A DNA stretch of 49,616 bases, taken from an uncultured Eubacteriales bacterium. GTDB lineage: Bacteria > Acidobacteriota > Aminicenantia > Aminicenantales > UBA8522. A model generated the notes under the pieces. It was not told the origin of the DNA. It saw nothing but the letters and a program-made list of their open reading frames with translations, and did no database searches. A program made the translations under genes and the position numbers. Location: the NCBI GenBank assembly GCA_964408495.1, contig CAYOZW010000001.1, forward strand, positions 1 through 49,616. Direction: 5' to 3'. This document shows positions 36,424 to 44,609 of the stretch, one piece after another. Within the stretch, counting starts at the first letter, position 1. Every line of letters starts with the position of its first letter.

Positions 36424-37074
36424 TCATTTGAGCAATAGGTACCTCTCCTGGATTCTTTCCTCGTTCGAGATCAGCCGGAAGAGCTTGGTCTTTATCCTCT
36501 GGGCCAAGTCATAGAAAGCGAAATCGGTCCTCTGTTCGGGGCTGGTGTACGTTTTGGATTCCTTAAAATTTCTGTCCAGAAGGACCGTCCCGTTGTCCCC
36601 CTGGATGAGAAAGAGATGGAGGGAGAGGGAAAAAACGGTTCGCTCGGCAACCTTCCTTTGAGGAGTAAAGGGGTCCTCGCCAGGGACCTCTCCCAATATG
36701 GACTTGCGGATCTTCCGGGTGAGTTCCGCTTTTCCGGTTACGTAGAGCCGGCGGAGAGGCCCCGGGGAGAGAGCCTGCCAAAAATCGGGCTTCCCGATGG
36801 AAGCCTCGTTTTCCAGGGGGATGCGCTGTGCGTTGACAGGGAGACCGAGCCTCCGCTCGATCTCCGGGACGAAGAAGGCGGCGAGCTCCCGGTTCAGGTC
36901 AAAGCCCTCGGGTGTTTTAGCGATCAGGAAGTCGGTCAAAAAGACTTCCTGGAACTCGTCCGGATGGAGGGGCGAATAGGCGGGAAGTTCGAGCCGGACT
37001 TTCCGGTATAAGTCCCTGCCGCAGCCCATCAGGAGAAGCAACAGAAGGAGAAGGGAGAGGCTATTTCTTTTCAT
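36424..37074 (-). CDS. hypothetical lipoprotein
   Basis: MKRNSLSLLLLLLLLMGC lipobox from ATG 37074 (the ORF track starts at 37095). 10 nt upstream of the Omp85-chimera gene. No recognisable domain. Confidence 0.6.
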   Translation of the reverse strand: MKRNSLSLLLLLLLLMGCGRDLYRKVRLELPAYSPLHPDEFQEVFLTDFLIAKTPEGFDLNRELAAFFVPEIERRLGLPVNAQRIPLENEASIGKPDFWQALSPGPLRRLYVTGKAELTRKIRKSILGEVPGEDPFTPQRKVAERTVFSLSLHLFLIQGDNGTVLLDRNFKESKTYTSPEQRTDFAFYDLAQRIKTKLFRLISNEERIQERYLLLK

Positions 37075-37438
37075 CCTTGCCGGACTCATCCTCATCGGTT
37101 TTTTTGTCAGGTTCGAGGTTGTTCAGGAGGTTTTCATAGTTCGACTTGACCCAGGGATTATCCGGATCGAGCTTCAAGGCGGCTTCATATTCTTTTCGGG
37201 CTTCCTCCCAGAGCGCCTTCTTTTCATAAGCCACGGCCAGGTTGTTGTGGGCGGCCACCGACCGGGGTTCCTGGGTGAGGACCTTCCTCCAGCGGAAGAT
37301 CGCTTCATCCCAGAGGTCCCGGTTGGCGGCCCAAATGCCGAAGCCGACCTGGTCTGAAAGGCGAGGACCGGAGCATCCAAAAGCCAGGGCTATCCCGAGG
37401 AGTGCGGCGGCGATTCCCCTCCAGGTCGTTTTGGACAT
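37061..37438 (-). CDS. small TPR-repeat lipoprotein
   Basis: MSKTTWRGIAAALLGIALAFGCSG lipobox. TPR-like AHNNLAVAYEKKALWEEARKEYEAALKLDPDN. Only the last 125 codons of the 456-aa ORF-track frame are credible; the rest is antisense to folD. Confidence 0.7.
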   Translation of the reverse strand: MSKTTWRGIAAALLGIALAFGCSGPRLSDQVGFGIWAANRDLWDEAIFRWRKVLTQEPRSVAAHNNLAVAYEKKALWEEARKEYEAALKLDPDNPWVKSNYENLLNNLEPDKKTDEDESGKDEKK

Positions 37439-37577
37439 GGTCGGTTTTTCGAAGGTACCCCTTTTCCCCTGGTTCGTCAAGTTCACCCATCGATACACAG
37501 CCGCAGTGCCCCGTCTTGAATATCTTCTCCAAAAGTCCTCCGCAAAGACCGGCCACTTCCAGTTTCGGTGACGAATA

Positions 37578-37606
37578 TTGTCTTGGGTGGATAGCCCGGG
37601 TATAAT
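37578..37606 (+). promoter_or_regulatory. sigma70-like promoter candidate for folD
   Basis: TTGTCT (37578-37583), 17-nt spacer, perfect TATAAT (37601-37606). AAAGGAG Shine-Dalgarno before ATG 37634. Confidence 0.5.
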
Positions 37607-37633
37607 GGCGATCTGGCAGAGAAAGGAGTCCTT

Positions 37634-38554
37634 ATGGCGATCAGTCTCGAAGGCAAGGCGCTGGCCGACAAGATCAAGCAAGAGGTGAGACAAAAAGCCG
37701 CCCGCTATCGAGAGACGACAGGGAAGGTGCCGGGGCTGGTGGCCGTCCTCGTCGGAGATAATAAAGCGTCCCAGGTGTATGTCCGGTCCAAAGAGAAGGC
37801 TTGCCAGGATCTTGGGCTTTTCTCTGAGGTCCAGGCCTATGCCAGCGATATCAGCCAGGTGATGTTGCTGGAGAAAATCGAAGAACTGAATCGCCGGGAC
37901 GAGGTCGACGGCATCCTGGTCCAGTTGCCCCTGCCTTCGCAGATCGACCCCTTTGCCGTCATCTGCGCTCTCTCGCCTGAAAAAGACGTAGACGGGCTCC
38001 ACCCCTTCAGCCTGGGCACGATCCTGGCCAACAAACCCGGATTCAGGCCGTGCACTCCGCTGGGGGTGATCGAAATGCTCAGGGAATACAAGATTCCGAT
38101 CCAAGGCCGGGACGTGGTGGTCATCGGCCGCAGCCTCCTGGTCGGCAAGTCGCTGGCTGCCATGCTGACCAACGAAAACGCCACGGTCACCACATGCCAC
38201 TCCAAGACCCGCGATTTGGACAAGATTTGCGGCCGGGCGGACATCCTCGTTGCCGCCATGGGAAAGGAAGCTTTCGTCAAGCCGGAGTTCGTCAAGCCCG
38301 GGGCCGCGGTCATCGATGTCGGCATCAATTCGGTGAGCGACCCGGATCGGGTCAGGGCCTATTTCGGGGATGACGAGAAAAGGCAGAAGGACCTCCAGAA
38401 CAAAGGCTACACTCTTGTGGGGGACGTCCATCCCGCCGCCTTCGAGCGCGCCGGAGCGATGACCCCGGTCCCCCGGGGAGTCGGCCCCCTGACCATCGCG
38501 ATGCTGATGAAGAACACTCTCACCGCGTTCGAGAGGCGCCGGGCCGGCGGCTGA
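37634..38554 (+). CDS. folD: bifunctional methylenetetrahydrofolate dehydrogenase/cyclohydrolase
   Basis: GLVAVLVGDNKASQVYVRSKEKA, GILVQLPLP, VVVIGRSLLVGKSLAMLL, TPVPRGVGPLTIAML. Confidence 0.95.
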   Translation: MAISLEGKALADKIKQEVRQKAARYRETTGKVPGLVAVLVGDNKASQVYVRSKEKACQDLGLFSEVQAYASDISQVMLLEKIEELNRRDEVDGILVQLPLPSQIDPFAVICALSPEKDVDGLHPFSLGTILANKPGFRPCTPLGVIEMLREYKIPIQGRDVVVIGRSLLVGKSLAAMLTNENATVTTCHSKTRDLDKICGRADILVAAMGKEAFVKPEFVKPGAAVIDVGINSVSDPDRVRAYFGDDEKRQKDLQNKGYTLVGDVHPAAFERAGAMTPVPRGVGPLTIAMLMKNTLTAFERRRAGG

Positions 38555-38556
38555 TA

Positions 38557-38585
38557 TTGCGGGATCCGGCCGTTTGTGGTATAAA
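38557..38585 (+). promoter_or_regulatory. sigma70-like promoter candidate for rpmB
   Basis: TTGCGG (38557-38562), 17-nt spacer, TATAAA (38580-38585). Confidence 0.35.
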
Positions 38586-38617
38586 TTCTGACTCGATCAC
38601 AAAAGAGAGAAACGATC

Positions 38618-38809
38618 ATGCCGAAAGTATGCGAAATCTGCGGCAAAGGCCCGGCCTTCGGGCATAGCGTGAGCCATTCCCATAAGGCCTCGCCCAAGAA
38701 GTGGAAGCCTAACCTCCAGCAGGTCAAGGCGAAGACCCCGGCCGGAGCGCGCAAAATCTGGGTGTGCACGCGCTGCCTGCGTTCCGGGAAAGTGGTCAAG
38801 GCGGTCTGA
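38618..38809 (+). CDS. rpmB: 50S ribosomal protein L28
   Basis: MPKVCEICGKGPAFGHSVSHSHKASPKKWKPNLQ is the canonical L28 N-terminus; 63 aa. Confidence 0.9.
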   Translation: MPKVCEICGKGPAFGHSVSHSHKASPKKWKPNLQQVKAKTPAGARKIWVCTRCLRSGKVVKAV

Positions 38810-38817
38810 GAGTCTTC

Positions 38818-40971
38818 TCAGATTCTTTCTACCGAGACGATCTCCTTAAAACCCGAAATCTTTTTGATGATGGTTTCAAGGTGTTTCAGGTCCCGGATGA
38901 CCAGGCTGAGCTTGATCTGAGCTTTTTGGTCGGCGGAGGTCGTGACTTCGGCTTGGGTGATATTGCCTCCCAACTGGGCGATGCTGGTAGCGACCTTTCC
39001 CAGGATGCCCGGCGAGTCGTCGGCCTTGATCAACACCCGGCTCTTATAGGGCCCCACTGACGCCGCGTCCCAGGAAACATCCACCATTCTCTCGCTGTTG
39101 AGAATCTCCTTGCTGACCAGGGGGCATCGTGTGGCGTGGATGGTGACGCCTTTCCCGGAGGTCAGGTAGCCGATGATCGGCTCTCCTTTGATCGGGGCGC
39201 AACAGCGGGCAAAATGGACCACTTCCCCCGCCGCCTCCAGGACTGAAATAACGCTGCCCGAGCGGCCGCTGACCTTATCGACGAATTTCCGCAGCAAGGG
39301 CTTCTTCTTCTCGTCCGGCTCCCCTTCTGGATTGAGCCTGGCCATGAATTTCTTATTGACGACCACGCGGCCCCGCCCGACCAGGCCATAAAAGGATTCC
39401 AAGCTCTGGAGCTTGAAGGGCAAGACTTCGGCCAGCCGAGGGAGGAGGTTAGCTTCTTTGAAGAGACCGGCGGGGAGTTTGTAGCGGTGCGATTCTCTTT
39501 CCCAGATTTTCCTGCCTAGAGCCATGCTCCTGGATTTTTCCTGCTGGTTAAGCCAGTGTTTGATTTGATGCCGCGCTCCAGAAGTGAAGACGATGCTCAG
39601 CCAGCTGCGGCGGGGCGTTTTCTCGGCCGAGGTGAGGATCTCGACGATATCGCCCGTCTTGAGGATGCTTTTTAGGGGCGCGACCCGTCCGTTGATGATC
39701 GCGCCGGCGGCATGCAGGCCGATCTCGGAATGGACCTTGAAGGCGAAGTCGAGCGCCGACCCGCCCAGAGGCAGGGTGATCACTTTCCCTTTTGGCGTGA
39801 AGGCATAGACCTCTTCGGGGATGAGGTCGGTCTTGAGGTTCTTTAAAAACTCGCGCGGGCTTTTCTGCTCCTTATAGAGCTCGACCATCTCCCGGAGCCA
39901 CTCCAGCCTCTTGTCCTCGCGGACAAGGCTCGAGGAGTCCTGATCCTTGTATCTCCAGTGGGCGGCGATACCGTTCTCGGCCAGGACATGCATGTCCTGG
40001 GTCCTGATTTGGATCTCGAAGGTCTGCTTGCCTCCGGTGATGATCGTCGTGTGCAGGGCCTGGTAGAGATTGGGCTTGGGCATGGCGATGAAATCCCGGA
40101 AACGATGCGGCAGCGGAGGCCATTTCTGATGGATTATCCCCAGGGACGCATAGCAGTTCTTGACCGAATCGGTGATGATCCGCAGCGCCTTGAGATCGTA
40201 GACCTGGTCGAAATCGATATCCCGGCGCTTCATCTTGTCAAAGATGCTGTAGTGTCGCTTGATCCGGGATTGGATCTCTGCGGGTATGCCGTTGTCCTTC
40301 ATCAGCTTTCCGAGGACCTTGGCGAACCGGGTCAGTTCTTCCTCCGCCTTCTGCCTTTGCGGGGCGACGAGGGAGGCGATCCGGAAATAGGCATCGGGGT
40401 TGACGTAACGGAAAGAGAGGTCCTCGAGCTCGGCCTTGGTGCGGCCCATGCCTAGACGGTTGGCGATCGGCGCGTAGATGTCCAATGTTTCTTTGGCGAC
40501 CTGTTTTTGTTTGTCCTCGGGCAAAAACTTCAGGGTCTTCAGGTTGTGCATGCGGTCGGCCAGCTTGATGAAGATGACCCGAAGGTCGTTGATCATGGTC
40601 AGAATGATCTTGCGGATCGTCTCGGCCTGGCGGACCTCGGGGGAAGATTCCTGAATCCGGCTTATCTTGGTGACGCCCTCCACCAGGTCGGCCACGTCCT
40701 GGCCGAAGTTTGCCCGCAGGCCGGCGGGCGTGATTTCGGTGTCCTCCAGAACGTCGTGGAGTAGCCCGGCGATGAGGGTGGTGATGTCTAGATTCATGTC
40801 GGCCAGCATATTGGCGACCTCAAGGGGATGGCTGAGGTAAGGCTCGCCGGAGCGGCGGGTCTGGCCCTTGTGAGCCTGGGCGGCAAAAACGTAGGCTTTC
40901 TTGAGCTGGATGAGCTCCTTCTCATTGTAAGATGCCGCGACCTTGTCGAGGATGTCGTCAAAGCGGATCAT
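38818..40971 (-). CDS. relA: bifunctional (p)ppGpp synthetase/hydrolase (RelA/SpoT homologue)
   Basis: HD hydrolase motif HKGQTRRSGEPYLSHPLEV..LHDVLEDT, synthetase region, TGS and ACT-like C-terminus. Start set at ATG 40971, which forms an ATGA overlap with the gmhB stop (the ORF track starts at 41004). Confidence 0.92.
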   Translation of the reverse strand: MIRFDDILDKVAASYNEKELIQLKKAYVFAAQAHKGQTRRSGEPYLSHPLEVANMLADMNLDITTLIAGLLHDVLEDTEITPAGLRANFGQDVADLVEGVTKISRIQESSPEVRQAETIRKIILTMINDLRVIFIKLADRMHNLKTLKFLPEDKQKQVAKETLDIYAPIANRLGMGRTKAELEDLSFRYVNPDAYFRIASLVAPQRQKAEEELTRFAKVLGKLMKDNGIPAEIQSRIKRHYSIFDKMKRRDIDFDQVYDLKALRIITDSVKNCYASLGIIHQKWPPLPHRFRDFIAMPKPNLYQALHTTIITGGKQTFEIQIRTQDMHVLAENGIAAHWRYKDQDSSSLVREDKRLEWLREMVELYKEQKSPREFLKNLKTDLIPEEVYAFTPKGKVITLPLGGSALDFAFKVHSEIGLHAAGAIINGRVAPLKSILKTGDIVEILTSAEKTPRRSWLSIVFTSGARHQIKHWLNQQEKSRSMALGRKIWERESHRYKLPAGLFKEANLLPRLAEVLPFKLQSLESFYGLVGRGRVVVNKKFMARLNPEGEPDEKKKPLLRKFVDKVSGRSGSVISVLEAAGEVVHFARCCAPIKGEPIIGYLTSGKGVTIHATRCPLVSKEILNSERMVDVSWDAASVGPYKSRVLIKADDSPGILGKVATSIAQLGGNITQAEVTTSADQKAQIKLSLVIRDLKHLETIIKKISGFKEIVSVERI

Positions 40972-41552
40972 GGGATATGATGCCTCTCCCTGCGCAGGAT
41001 CCAATCGGCCGCATCCAGGATGCCTGAGGCGACGTAGGCCGGGGCAACGTTTTGTTCGCGGAGCTTGGCCAGCGATTCCCGGCCGGAACCTGTCAGGACA
41101 AGGACGGAGATGGCGCCGATATTTATCCCGAAAAGGATATCTTCTGTTTTGTCCCCGATCATGTAGGAACTCGCCAGGTCGATTCCGAGGTCAGCGGCCG
41201 CCTGCCGGGCGAGGCCGGGTTTTGGCTTCCGGCAATCGCATTCCTTCCGGTAGCGGCGATCCTCGGAGAGGACGTAATGGGGGCAATAATAGATAGCGTC
41301 GAGACGGGCTCCGGAGCGGACGAAGGAAGCGTTCAAGCGGGCGTGAATGTCCTTTAGGTCGTCTTCGGTCAAGAGTCCTCGGCCAACGCCTGATTGATTG
41401 GTGACGACAACGACCAAGAGGTCCTCCTGGTTGAGCCTCTTTACGGCCTCGAAGCTCTCCGGGTAGACGTCCATCTGGTCGTAGCTGGAAGGATAGCCCA
41501 CGTCGATATTGAGGGTCCCGTCGCGATCGAGGAAAACGGCTCTTCTCATCAT
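40968..41552 (-). CDS. gmhB: D-glycero-beta-D-manno-heptose-1,7-bisphosphate 7-phosphatase (HAD-IIIA)
   Basis: AVFLDRDGTLN, VVVTNQSG, zinc-site CPHY..CDCRKPKPG, IGDK. ATG 41552 forms an ATGA overlap with the waaF stop (the ORF track starts at GTG 41558). Confidence 0.85.
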   Translation of the reverse strand: MMRRAVFLDRDGTLNIDVGYPSSYDQMDVYPESFEAVKRLNQEDLLVVVVTNQSGVGRGLLTEDDLKDIHARLNASFVRSGARLDAIYYCPHYVLSEDRRYRKECDCRKPKPGLARQAAADLGIDLASSYMIGDKTEDILFGINIGAISVLVLTGSGRESLAKLREQNVAPAYVASGILDAADWILRRERHHIP

Positions 41553-42562
41553 CGCCACAACGCCCCGGCCGCCAGGTAAACCTCTTCCGGCTCAATCTGC
41601 GTCATGCAACGGTGGTCGTAGGGACACTTCCGGTAGGAGCAGGGCCAGCAGGGGACGTCCTTCTTGATGACCGCCGCCGGCCGCTCAAAGGGGCCGGTCA
41701 CCTCCGGATCGGTAGGGCCGAAGATAGCCACGACGGGGACGTGGAGGGCATTGGCCAGATGCATCGGGCCGGTGTCGTTAGAGACGAAGAGCGAAGCCAG
41801 GCTGATCAGCCCTAAGAGCTGGGGAAGAGTCGTCTGTCCTGTGAGAACGGCCGGCTTATCATCAAGGGAAGAAGCGATGGTCGCGGCGATTTCCGCTTCC
41901 CCGGCCGAGCCGATGATCAGGATGGCGGCATTATTCTTCGCCTGGAAAAGGGCGGCCAGGCGGGCGAACCGGGGGGCCGGCCATCTTTTGGCCGGGCCAT
42001 AGGCCGCGCCCGGGCTGAAGATGACGAGAGGCCGTTGCGGGTCAAGGCCCATCACAAGGAGGCGCTGCCGGGCCCGCTCTATTTCCTCCGGCGGCGCGGA
42101 GAGCCTCATCTCTGCGGGGCGGACCGTCAAACCCAACCCTGAGACCAAATCGAGGTAATAGTGGAGCTGGTGGCGGGGCAGGTCAGAGCTTGTGCTCCGG
42201 ACGGCCCTGGTGAGAAGGAGCCGGCGTCCGTCGGCCGCGTAGCCCCATCTTTCGGGTATCCCGGCCAGAAATAAGAGGAGGGCCGACCCGAAGGAATTGG
42301 TGAGCAGGATCCCGGCCTCGAAACGATGCCCTTTCAGCTCCCGGGCGGAGGCCCGCAGCCCGCCGATGTTATTGACCGGCGCCAGCGGCAGTACACCCGC
42401 GATTCCCACATCAGGAGAAAACAGGTCCTTCACCCCATCCGCAGCGCTTAGCCAGACTTCGCCCCCGGAGAAGTGGCTGATAATGCTCTCGATGGCCGGG
42501 AGGGCCAGGACGGAATCGCCGATCCAGTTGGGAACACGGATGAGGACTTTCATCATTTTCAT
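41549..42562 (-). CDS. waaF: ADP-heptose:LPS heptosyltransferase (GT9, WaaF-like)
   Basis: MKVLIRVPNWIGDSVLALPAIESI N-terminus and C-terminal SNDTGPMHLANAL..VAIFGPT are GT9 signatures. Confidence 0.85.
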   Translation of the reverse strand: MKMMKVLIRVPNWIGDSVLALPAIESIISHFSGGEVWLSAADGVKDLFSPDVGIAGVLPLAPVNNIGGLRASARELKGHRFEAGILLTNSFGSALLLFLAGIPERWGYAADGRRLLLTRAVRSTSSDLPRHQLHYYLDLVSGLGLTVRPAEMRLSAPPEEIERARQRLLVMGLDPQRPLVIFSPGAAYGPAKRWPAPRFARLAALFQAKNNAAILIIGSAGEAEIAATIASSLDDKPAVLTGQTTLPQLLGLISLASLFVSNDTGPMHLANALHVPVVAIFGPTDPEVTGPFERPAAVIKKDVPCWPCSYRKCPYDHRCMTQIEPEEVYLAAGALWR

Positions 42563-42677
42563 TTTATGCCCCGTCGCAGCGAGATGTCAAAAGAAGGCTC
42601 GGGATTGGATTCGTCAGCCCGCTCGGTTCCCAATAAGCAACGGGCAAAGAAGAAAGAAATCATTCTGAAGGAAGAGA

Positions 42678-42986
42678 TTACTTTTCCGACGGTTGAGTGG
42701 AGGGTTTCTTCTCGGTCTTCGGCTTGGCCTCCGCTGGAGCATCCGGAGTGCAGGGCTCCTTGGCCGGAGCCTGGTCTTTCTTTTTAGTCTCTTCCTGGGG
42801 AGTTGACTTTTTGGCGTAGTCGGTGATGTACCAACCGCTGCCCTTGAACTGAATGGCCGCCGAGGAGATCAGTTTCTTGAGGGCGCCGCCGCACTTTGTG
42901 CAGGTCCGGAGGGGCGGGTCGCCGACCTTCTGGACGACCTCGGTGCGGCAGCCGCATTGGGTGCATTCATATTCATAGATAGGCAT
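42678..42986 (-). CDS. FmdB-family zinc-ribbon protein (CxxC_CxxC_SSSS) with Lys/Pro/Glu-rich tail
   Basis: MPIYEYECTQCG...CTKCGG..LKKLISS motif from ATG 42986. The longer ORF-track start (43115) lies inside the upstream gene. Confidence 0.8.
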   Translation of the reverse strand: MPIYEYECTQCGCRTEVVQKVGDPPLRTCTKCGGALKKLISSAAIQFKGSGWYITDYAKKSTPQEETKKKDQAPAKEPCTPDAPAEAKPKTEKKPSTQPSEK

Positions 42987-43013
42987 GTTCGATGTCCCTA
43001 ATAATAATTCCTC

Positions 43014-43022
43014 ATTATACCA
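43014..43022 (-). promoter_or_regulatory. extended -10 promoter candidate for the fmdB-like gene
   Basis: The minus strand reads TGGTATAAT (TGn + perfect TATAAT) 28 nt upstream of ATG 42986. No good -35. Confidence 0.3.
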
Positions 43023-43033
43023 GAGGACTGGGG

Positions 43034-43909
43034 TTAGGGGAAGACGATTGCCTCGAAAACGAAGATCTCGGCTCCCTTTTTCCAGGCATCGGGAGGCAGC
43101 CCCGCCTTTACGCATGCCTGGTTGAGAAAGGTTTCCCGTGACCAGCCGTTCTCTACCGCAACCTGGGGCAGGAGAAGCCCTCTCTGGCCGTCCCTCGCAA
43201 TGACCAAGCCGTGCTTCCCGACCTGGACGAGGCCGGGGTCATCAATTCTCTGGAGCGGCGAAAGCACGGAAACCTCGATGTCCAGGTCTTTCAATTCTTC
43301 GCTTTTGACGGGAGGGAAGCGGGGGTCTTCACTGGCCGCGTATACGGCCGAGTGGATGACTGTCTCATAGAGCGCAGCCACGGGTTCGATGAACCCGATG
43401 CAGCCGCGGAGATTCCCCTTTTTTTTGAGGGTCACGAAGACTCCCCGCTCGGCGAGCAGGTTCGGGTCCCGGGTCTGGTAGTCGATGACCTTTTTTTCGG
43501 AGACGAACGTCCGGACGGTCTCCCGGGCCAGATCAAGAAGTTCCTTCTTCTCCGCGGAAGAGAGCGAGAATACCTTGTCCGGGCCCGGTTTCAGGATGAC
43601 CGCTGCGGCGAGATAGCCGACCACCCGCGCTTCATCCCCTGAGACATCCGAAGAGTCGGAGTAGCGCAGGACTTCGACCTCCGGCTCCCCGGTCTTTTTC
43701 AGGGCGATGAGGGTCGCCGCGACCCCTCCTCCTCCGCACATGATATTTTCGCCATTGGCGCATTTGTTGAGGAGTGTGTTGGCATTGAGGCTGCGGACGA
43801 GCGAGATGGTTTCGGCGTCGGTCCGGTTGGCGTCTTTTTTAGAAAGGTAATGGGAGAGGTCGGTAGAGGCGACGATCAACACCTTTTCATCGCCGCTGCC
43901 CGACGCCAA
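43034..43909 (-). CDS. C-terminal part of Memo domain fused to AMMECR1 domain (continues the upstream ORF across an in-frame TGA)
   Basis: VLIVASTDLSHY and MCGGGG are Memo motifs. LRGCIGF..., DPRFPPV and LLLPQVA are AMMECR1 motifs. The 'start' in the ORF track is a TTG codon immediately after the TGA at 43910-43912, in the same frame. Confidence 0.75.
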   Translation of the reverse strand: MASGSGDEKVLIVASTDLSHYLSKKDANRTDAETISLVRSLNANTLLNKCANGENIMCGGGGVAATLIALKKTGEPEVEVLRYSDSSDVSGDEARVVGYLAAAVILKPGPDKVFSLSSAEKKELLDLARETVRTFVSEKKVIDYQTRDPNLLAERGVFVTLKKKGNLRGCIGFIEPVAALYETVIHSAVYAASEDPRFPPVKSEELKDLDIEVSVLSPLQRIDDPGLVQVGKHGLVIARDGQRGLLLPQVAVENGWSRETFLNQACVKAGLPPDAWKKGAEIFVFEAIVFP

Positions 43910-44473
43910 TCACTCTGCCCCCGCATCCCCATTCCTCCTGGTCGGGAAGCCCATCACGAGGGGCACGATCTTCGCTCCGGGGAGCGCTTTCTGGATGAAA
44001 GGGACCTGGACCTCGACGGAGTGCTCTTCGGCATGGGCCTGCGAGACGTAAGAAAAACCGGAAGCCTTGGCGATGCGGGCGGCGATCTCCTCATCGACAC
44101 GAGCGACACCCAGCGGGGTGGCGAACCCTCCCTTGAGGAAGATCGAACCGCCGTCGAGAGGATAGCGGTGGGAGACGCCGATGATGACCACCGTCTTGTA
44201 CGGTTGGCCCCGGACTAGGCGGTAAGCATAAGCCGCGGTCTGCCCCGAGTAAACGTATCCTGCGTGAGGGCAGATCAGGGCTCTGACTCCATCGATCGCC
44301 GCCAGCAAACCCTTGGCATTTTCGAGATAGGCATCGATCTGGGCGGACAGCCGGGCTTTATCGTTATCGTAAAAGGACCCGGCCCACACGGGCTCCCGTA
44401 CATCCTGCGCCCGCGCAGCGACGGCAGCAGAGCCGAGCGTCAACAGAAGACAGAGGCGAATCTTTTTGTTCAT
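43910..44473 (-). CDS. N-terminal part of Memo (AmmeMemoRadiSam system protein B-like) domain with Sec signal peptide
   Basis: MNKKIRLCLLLTLGSAAVAARA signal, then AGSFY, ICPHAGYVYSG and HAEEHSVEVQVPF, which are Memo metal-site motifs. Ends at the in-frame TGA. Confidence 0.75.
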   Translation of the reverse strand: MNKKIRLCLLLTLGSAAVAARAQDVREPVWAGSFYDNDKARLSAQIDAYLENAKGLLAAIDGVRALICPHAGYVYSGQTAAYAYRLVRGQPYKTVVIIGVSHRYPLDGGSIFLKGGFATPLGVARVDEEIAARIAKASGFSYVSQAHAEEHSVEVQVPFIQKALPGAKIVPLVMGFPTRRNGDAGAE

Positions 44474-44488
44474 CGTTCCCTCAAGAAA

Positions 44489-44517
44489 AATATAGCCCCC
44501 TGCCCGCCAAAAAGCAA
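44489..44517 (-). promoter_or_regulatory. sigma70-like promoter candidate for the Memo-AMMECR1 gene
   Basis: Minus strand: TTGCTT (44517-44512), 17-nt spacer, TATATT (44494-44489). GAGGGA Shine-Dalgarno before ATG 44473. Confidence 0.3.
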
Positions 44518-44609
44518 TCCTGAATACGCGAGTGCTTTTTTGTCTCGCATTTTTTCCAAGCCCTGCGGGCTCTGTGACTAATAATGCAGTTAGAATCCGG
44601 CTACGGAGG

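Noticed and set aside
37439-38431. Upstream 331 codons of the 456-aa minus-strand ORF 37061-38431.
   Set aside because: It is antisense to folD, whose identity is unambiguous. Only the last 125 codons, starting at the MSKTTW lipoprotein signal, look like a real gene.
43910-43912. Global reassignment of TGA (genetic code 4 or 25) as the explanation for the in-frame TGA.
   Set aside because: Several well-defined genes in this window terminate at TGA at the expected protein ends: rnfA 27608-27610, rnfD 25830-25832, waaF, gmhB, and the small ORF before polA. TGA therefore functions as a stop in this genome.
44528-44555. Terminator-like hairpin GCGAG-N11-CTCGC followed by ATTTTTT on the + strand.
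   Set aside because: The stem has only 5 bp and the loop is large and T-rich. There is no + strand gene upstream to terminate. The region more plausibly belongs to the promoter/5' region of the minus-strand Memo gene.
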